Assembly: GCF_000150275.1 (NCBI RefSeq)
Contig: NW_002060945.1
Span: forward strand, 2,379,172 to 2,443,171
Direction of reading: 5' to 3'
Length of the DNA stretch: 64,000 nucleotides
Origin: Trichoplax adhaerens
Taxonomy: Eukaryota; Animalia; Placozoa
Shown here: one piece after another, positions 55,801-64,000 of the stretch
Layout: each line of letters begins with the position of its first letter
Numbering within the stretch: position 1 is the stretch's first letter
Made by a program: the position numbers and the translations under genes
The notes under the pieces: model-generated
The model's input: the letters and a program-made list of their open reading frames with translations, nothing else
Databases searched by the model: none
Told to the model about the DNA's origin: nothing

Positions 55801-58800
55801 GAGCTAAGTTTCATGACTTACTCCTTGCAGCGTTCCAATAACCGACCCAGATCTTTCGAATTTAATTGGTCGACTGTTTTAGCGGACGCAACAAAAGTAG
55901 TGCCGTAAGTTTCCTTTCTGTAATGTTATTGATACTAAATATTTTACTATACTACTTGATTAACCTTGTATGTTATTACAGTAAGCCAATCTTTGCGATA
56001 TATTATTGCAAATAAAGTACATCCAAATATTACTGTTTACTTCAATATAACATGCTTTTAATGTCCGCATGAATTTCTTAAACTACTAAAGATTAAGCTG
56101 GAATAAAATCAAAAATACTGTACAAAATATTGTAACTAAAAAAATACCAATTAATGCAATATACTGCACTGTTGTAGTAGTGATAATACAGTAAAATTAT
56201 AGTCCTAACGCGATCTATTTTTGCCTACTTACAATTCCGCACAAATGCTTTTGCTGATTGATTAATATCTTTAAATTGCAATTGCTGGTTCTTGTTTATA
56301 ATATCCAACTACATATAGAGACAATCGGGACATGTTCATCAAGGATGTCAGCATTGCATTACCATTAATTGTAAGCATTCCACTCTTTTTATGTCGTGTT
56401 ATACTAGAAAATTATGAAACCATACTTAACATCAATTCTAATTATGACTGTTTTAAATTAGAATCGAACTCATCGAACAGTAGGGACTGTACCTCATCAG
56501 CCGTCGATCAATAATAGTGACTTGGTAAGGATAATAATCTATTCACAGCTCTAAGCTACTGTTTCATGAAAGTGAAGTTGCACTTTTTCATCAGATTTTT
56601 ATTAATTCGAATACGTAATGAAAGGCGCATTAAACAATTATTAATTGCCTTATATAGAAATTGCGAGTCTATAAGAAAACCTTACAAGCGTTATTATATC
56701 CGATATCCAGTGAGTCAAGATTTTGAGCTAAAACTATATTCCACCACAGTCCTATTGTAGCATTACAAGATTTCTATAGCATTTTTACACATTACTGTGT
56801 AAATGCAAACTATTAGCCTTGACATATTTGATTACCACTGATACCAACCTTTAATACTGCAGATTCTAGCCCTCATAATTTTGAAAAATGGAGTGCTAGT
56901 GGACCAACTTACTGTTGTGAATGCACAGGTTTATTATGGGGTATTAGAAAGCAAGGCATGAAATGTAAAGGTAATTATTTCACTCTTAATAGTGCTACTT
57001 AGTCGTGATGCGGTTATGTGTTTTAATTTTTTGTACCTATTCTGCATAGATTATAAATATAGTACATGGTCCAGTAATAGAATTTACGTAATGTAATCAC
57101 ATTAATTGCAGTGCATTAGCATTAGATTCCACCAGAAGTATTGCATGCGTCTTTTAATAGTTAATGTGGCACTGTATTGAGTGATGATCCTAGCCATTGA
57201 ACAAAAATTTTGATATTATATTGTAAATGAATTGCCTTCGGAATTTGAATTAGCGTGCGGTGTGAAATGTCATGAAAAATGCATGAACTTATTAAATGAT
57301 GATTGTCTACAACGTAAGTTACATTGAACAATGTTTATCCAAGAAGTATTTGAAATTGTCTATTAATTGAAGCAGTCTGGTGTTGAAATACTATGCTAAT
57401 CTAATACGTTCATTACAACGGAATAGGAGCTGCAAGCAAATCCAATAAGCGTGGTTCTCGCGACAGGTCGCAACAAGTCAGACAAGATATGGCTAAACGA
57501 ATGGATGATCAGGAATCATCAAATGCAGAGCTTTTTCAACTAGTCAGGTAATTTTTTATCCAAAACTATAGTCATGTAAGATCATTATTGAATATTGAGA
57601 TTATATGCAATGGGTCTTGTCAGTGGATATTAAACTTCGTTTTATGAATAAGTACCTTCATGTCTTACAATTGACGGAAACTGATATATTTGATCATTTC
57701 TAGAGATGTCTTCAACATTGAAAACAGGTTACATGTCGGCTACTTGAAACATGTACGACAGAGCATCTTAGATGGGACATCAAAGTGGTCGGCTAAAATC
57801 AAGACAAAAGGTAAAATAGAAATTTGACATATTGCACAATGGTTTATATCTACATAAAATATTCAGATTAAGGATAATATTCCTCTTTTACCAACATTGC
57901 AGTGGTGTGTGCACAAGGTCTTATCGCCAAAGATAGAACAGGTACAATACTAACTACGTTTCATTGTCAAATGTTATCTTCTTGGATAGTTCTAATTATG
58001 GTTCTAACAATAAGTTCTAGCTAATAAATGTTCATAATAATGCCAACTATTTTTCTATTAGGTTTAAGCGATCCATATGTTACCGTTCAAGTTGGTAAAA
58101 CAAAGAAACGTACTGAAACTGTGCAACAAAATTTAAATCCCGAATGGAATGAAGAATTTGTTTTGTAAGTAGTATTTCTCTATGCTATTTTAAAAATATA
58201 ATTAAGTATTCGCATCACAGTCAACTTTGTCGTAAATGATATTGAATAATCAGGCTATTTGATGAATTTCGTTCCATAGTGATTGTAATAATGCCTCCGA
58301 TCGAATAAAAGTTCGCGTGTGGTTAGTATTTTTAACTACAAAATAAATACCTTTAGCTTACTACAACACTGGAGCATATGATGCAGTTATGTATTGTCGT
58401 GGTCTAAGTTCTCATTGATCTTTCACTTAGGGATGAAGATGATGATTTCAAATCCCGTATTAAATCAACATTTAGTCGCGAAGCTGATGATTTTCTAGGT
58501 CAAGCTATCATTGATGTTCGTACATTGAATGGCCAAATGGATGTTTGGTATAATTTAGGTAACTGCGCATTGATACTTTGCAATATGTTAAAGCTACATA
58601 TACTTAAGACTCCATAGTTAAATTGAATATTTTCTTATTAACAGAGAAAAGAACAGAAAAATCGCTTGTATCTGGCTCCATACGTCTTATTATCAGTATT
58701 GATAAAGCACACGATAACGAGGAAAGCGTAGCACCTTATCACCAGCAATACACTTGTTTACATGAGGTAAAATCAATCCTCACCGTTGTTGCCTATCATA

Positions 58801-61800
58801 GATTGAGATTTCACTCGTAATTACGTACTAATCAGTCATACGCAATTTTTAGAATCTGTTTTACTATTTATGTGAGAAAAATAATGGAAAAGTACCAATT
58901 CCAACTGTATCATCGACCGTAAGTATACGTCGTATTTTACTAATCAACTGACGAAAGTATCATAGGTTACCAATTAATGGTTATTTGACCCTTATATATC
59001 GTTACGATATATTAACATTTAGGAAGATTCGTGGAAAGTCTATTTCCCTAAGGAGGGCCAAGAAATCTTGAGGGAATTTGCAATGAGTTTTGGAATCGAA
59101 GAAATCTATCAAGCAATGACGTAAGTCGTAGATTTTATATTATGTTTTACGCTGGAAATAGCGTTTATTTCGCGTTAAAATTTCTGATCCTTACGTATTC
59201 AATTTGCTTCCTAAAAATGAAGGCACTTTTCATGCCTTACCACGCGCTTAACAAGTCCTGGAGTACCAGCAGTCATGAGCTCTCTTTTAGCTAACATTAA
59301 CGCCTATTATGCCCATACTACAGACTCTCACAATGCTAGCGATAGATTTGCTGCAGCAAACTTTGGTGTAAGACCTTTATATTGAATTTACTACAAATTC
59401 TTTCATAATTTATTCCTGTCCTCTTATCCAATCATAATTTTCGCTTGATTTATTTTCATTAGAAAGACAAATTTGTCAAAATTTTGGATCAGTTACACAA
59501 TGTATTACGAATCGATATGTGCTCCTACAGGGTAAGATGGATCTATATATTTGAGATACTTATTCTACAGAAATGTTTTGATTAACTTAATTATTACTGA
59601 ATTATTTCAGACAAGTTTTCCGTCCTCTTCTCCTGAAAAATTAGCTGATCTAAAAGCTACGGTGGATTTATTGACGAGCATTACATTTTTTAGGATGAAA
59701 GTAAGGATAATCGATTGTTTAATTAACAGCAATATCGAAGTACCGAATTCATTAATAAAAATTAAATTGATTTATGTTATTTAGGTATTAAATATTACAA
59801 GTCCACCTCGTGCATCACAAGTTGTTACTGAATGTGTCAAAGTATGTTCGAAATAATGGCTGTATCTATTAATTTATCTGGAATAATAATTTTAACAGCA
59901 TAGATAACAATTTTTCCGCTTTCAAACCAGGCTTGCCTTAAAAGTACCTACCAATACATCTACCAAAATTGTACAGATTTATATGATAATGCTACCAATG
60001 ATAATGAAGAGCCAGATACCAACAATATATCCAGTAATAGCGCTAATACTGTTAATGGGAATAACGTGAAACATTTCGATTTTTGGAGGAAATTAATTGG
60101 TGTTATCGTTTCCGTATTGGAAGAGGACAAAAATTGTTATACTAGTGTTTTAAGCCAGTAAGAGACTTAGAGATCTAGCGAATAGCTTTTAAATCCGATA
60201 GCAATTTACAGTAATAGGATGTTCTTAACTATACCTGCCTATTTCTAACTCTTCCAATATCTGTAATAAATTATTTTAGATTTCCTTCTGAATTGAACGT
60301 AGGCCATTTAAGTGCGGAGCATATTTGGGCTTACTTAGCACAAGATATGCAAGGATTCTTATTCGGTTTGTATTTTATCAAATCGCATTATAAATAATAG
60401 CGAAATTGTTAGTACGTTAAAAATTGATGAACGTGATTATCTATTATATTACAGAACATGCTCAAGGCGATGTCATAGAAAATAATAACGAATTTATTAA
60501 ACTTCAGTTCAAGGTCAGAAATTATTAATTATGACCTGTTATATGTCAATTTTTTTATACTTTTTCCTAAAATTGATCATTCATTTAGTTTGAATGTTTA
60601 TACCTTTACTATGTCGATTAAAAGGTGAAATGGTTATATGATAATTACTGCAAAGACATTCCAACATTTAAGTTAATTATTCCTCACTATCCATCGTAAG
60701 TAGCGACTGGGAATACAATATTTCGCCTTGAAGATTTCTTTATTGATTATCTGATCATGTAATAATAAAATGCGTTTAATTATTTGCATCGTTAAGATGG
60801 TTTGAAGCCTACGTCATGCAGTGGCTACATGAGAATGAAGAAGCCTCAACGGAATTTATGTACGGTGCTTTCAATCGTGATGAAAATAATGAAGACAATG
60901 AGGAAGTATGTCACTAAATAGCTCTAATTTTATAGCACTTACTGTACAAAAAGCAATTTTGAGCTAATGTGCACCTGATTTCTTTTCACAGTTTCAACCA
61001 ATATCGGAGAGATCTCCATTTTCTAGTTCTGTCGTAGACATATTTTGCTCCTTAACGCAGGTATGCATTGTTTTTAACATTTATTTGACATGCATTAAAA
61101 CCTATTTATGCATATTACTTTCGACCTTTTAGAGCTATGAAATAATAAAGAAAATGGAGTGTCCTGATCCGGCCCTCCTGGGAAAGTACATGGAAAGATT
61201 TTGCCGGGTCTGTACTTATTTACTGTAATACAGTAATTAAGCCCATGTAATAGTATATATTTATCGACATCTGCTTTAGAATTCATATTCTTCTCCTTTA
61301 GACAATCACGTCGGTGTTACTAGGATATGCCGCTTGTATTTCAAGAGACTTTAAGAAATATTGTTCCTCAGAGAGAACGGTGAGCAAAACGGACATACGC
61401 GTAATTATATAAAAGATATTTTAAGTCTATCAAGATACGAATGCTGTCGGAAAAATATTCCGTTGATATAGAGTATTCTTATATACTTAGGCTTGTACCC
61501 TAATGAATAACATCCATCAAGCAACTGTACAATTAGAAAAATTATTTCTTGCAATGGGTGGTGATTCGGTAAAGTGCAGAAATTAGCATTTTAATCTAAA
61601 TTATATGTACTGTTTGTATAACTGTTGACTAGGAAATCAACAGAATTCACTGCTTGTATGGATAGCAAATATTTTATCATTATATTAATTTTTTGGAAAT
61701 TGTAAATCAATTTAATTCAAAATGTGTTATATCTACTATTTTAGCTTGGCTCAGAACCAAAGAAAATTTTAAATGAACTACAAGGCAGACTTAAAGAAAC

Positions 61801-64000
61801 AATAACACAAATCAGTTCTATCTTTGCCGATAGGTAACTAAATATTAACATACGTAAATATAAGTAGATATCTTGGTACTGATTTTGCTGTAAATGTTAA
61901 TCAACCGTGAATGCAGCCATGAACCAACAGTACATCAAGCTTTACTGAAGCTAAGCGCAATCCTCAGCACGTAAGCCTTTAATAATTACTATATCAATTT
62001 ATAAAAATAACGCGAACATTTCTTAGGCCTCTTTGCATTAACAACTTTTATGTTATTCATTGCTTAATATACAGAGTAAAAGGAGCTGCAAATGTTCCCG
62101 CTAATGCGGCAACGGTTGGCAAACAATCACAAGAAGATTCCTACCATGTTATGGGACCACTACTAGAATTCTTAGATAGCCAGTAAATAATTTCAGACTT
62201 TTGATTTATTAAAGTTTTGGTTACTCAGTCTCATGAATTAATTTATCTGACGCTTGACTTTTTAATTTAAATAGTTTAAATTCGTATCACCACAAATGTG
62301 ATAAAAATATTTTGAAAAGGATTTTAAAGGTTTGTCATTTAGTAGTATAGGATGGTAATTGACTCAATCAATCGTAAAATAACCGTCCTCATCTTGATAT
62401 ATATCATTTAGGAATTATGGAGGCTTGTATTATCAAAAATGGAAAGGGTCGTAGTTCTCCCTCCGTTATCTGATGTTAAAGTAAGTAGTATCGTCCTAAA
62501 ATACATTCTGTAAACCTAAAATAATCTAAATCTTACATATTACATATTTATGTTGCCTACCGTTCTTTTTACTGGCTTTTAAGATTATATTCTTGCATAA
62601 TTTTATTGAATAATATAGGAAATTGCAAGGGAAGGCAGCAAAAATTTAAGTCCAAAGCAATGTTTCATTTTAGAAATTGGCCTTAAAAATATCTTGGTAA
62701 GGACATTATAATTTTTTGGTCGATATTTTATAATTTAAAAGCTTTAGAATACTACAGTCTACTACTGTATGTTGCAAATTGAATACTTTATTATGCTACT
62801 ATCACTCAGTCATCATTAACTAAGACAACATTCCAAGATATCCTTACTGTTTTTACTCTCTATTTTTGTATCATTTATCTTTGTTTATCTGCAAGTACTA
62901 AAATCCGAGTAAAAAGCAACGTATCAGTTGTAACGCTGGTGCAACATTAAATCACGGGTGTTCAATGTCATAACTTTAGCAATATGTGTGTTACTTATAA
63001 CAAATCAAGTTCTTAAGCCTTTGTAGTCAAATTTCATCTAAAACTGCGAGATTTAGGATATCAAATGACATGTATAATACTTACTTATCTTGATTCCTTG
63101 CTGCCCTATGATAGCAAACGTTCTAGTAATGAACTGTAATTCTTCAAAGTAATCACTAATCAGAACTTAATTGCGCTGTACAGCAATATTTCCATGCTGG
63201 TGGCAACGGATTAAAGAAAGGTTATCTTGAAAAGAGTGTTGAATGGCAGTCTCTTCGCTATGCCCTCTCTCTTTACACACAAACAACAGATACGTTAATT
63301 AAAACTTTTGTTGAAAGCCAGACAGCTCAAGGTAAGAATACTATTAACTTTTTGTATACATTTAACACTTTGCATAGAAAATTTAATTTAAATACATAAC
63401 ACCATTGAAACCAAAATTGCAATATCGCATTAATTTTTAGATCGATATGGACTTGATGATTGTGTTGGCGAACTGAATTTACAAGTAGAATTATTTACTC
63501 ATCCCGGCACCGGAGAACATAAAGTTACTGTTAAAGGTTTGTTTTTATGCATACTTTTTATTGCTACGCTAAAATCTAGATTACTGTCTTAATTACTAAC
63601 TTAGTTACTGACAAAATTCGTTTCCTGATAATTTTTAGTTGTGGAAGCTACTGGACTTTTATGGCAATCTACTAGTAAGTTTACTGTTATAGCATCGGTA
63701 TTATAGAAAGAGAGAATAACAGATAGTTGTATATGTGCTCTTATCATGTACTTTCTTTCAGACATGTTTAGACCATTTGTCGAGATCAATGTTATTGGGC
63801 CACATTTGCACGATAGAAAACGCCGACAGTCAACTAGATCAAAAAGTAACAACTGGGACCCAAAGTTTAATGAGATATTTTATTTGTAAGTGCTTAAAAA
63901 CAATTCGTAATCGGAATATTCCTTATTTCATAATTAAATTGCCTTAGTAAATACATTTTACATAAGTGAATAGGATTTTATACCCTAACATTGAAATTTA
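40855..64000 (+). CDS. unc-13: Unc13/Munc13 vesicle-priming protein, long C2A-containing form (C2A, CaM site, C1, C2B, MUN, C2C); 3' end outside the window
   Basis: Exons 40855-40876 MSLLCIR; 43131-43163 [11 protein letters not shown]; 47820-47919 YVVLKLQNV...PEWEEDFTF; 54376-54608 ETSRLD...[11 protein letters not shown]...DARFELP. Later exons encode [15 protein letters not shown]1 PHNFEKW...[10 protein letters not shown]2[12 protein letters not shown]...[11 protein letters not shown]...[28 protein letters not shown] and [21 protein letters not shown], and C2[16 protein letters not shown] and FRPFVEI. Confidence 0.96.
53584..53681. repeat. About 47 bp tandem duplication in Unc13 intron 3
   Basis: acggttatcttacag...gacagtg(tg)atactgtagaaagatagac occurs twice. 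Confidence 0.85.

Noticed and set aside
47626-62850. ATATCCTT words (47626, ~62838) resembling U12 donors
   Set aside because: They lie inside ordinary GT-AG introns and not at exon boundaries.

Overview
AT-rich, intron-dense animal genomic DNA. The compact gene packing, 70-200 nt GT-AG introns and TACAGTACTGTA-rich tracts are consistent with a placozoan such as Trichoplax; this is an inference and was not verified. The ORF track is mostly uninformative, so I rebuilt the genes by manual splicing and found eight: CDC27 (+), an SLC35D-type nucleotide-sugar transporter (-), WDR4 (+), CASC3/Barentsz (-), an intronless SLC35G-type EamA transporter (+), PP2D1-like (-), RNF126/RNF115 (+) and a C2A-C1-C2B-MUN-C2C Unc13/Munc13 (+) that runs off the 3' end. 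Highlights: (1) The Unc13 keeps its RIM-binding, calmodulin, DAG and Ca2+ determinants but has substitutions at the C2A homodimer lysine and in the MUN NF pocket. (2) A phase-compatible 11-nt candidate microexon could replace the large C2A exon. (3) Arrays of the palindromic TACAGTACTGTA motif sit upstream of gene starts, together with local tandem duplications. (4) The PP2D1 is a probable pseudophosphatase with an RFX X-box upstream. (5) There is a palindromic MITE-like element.
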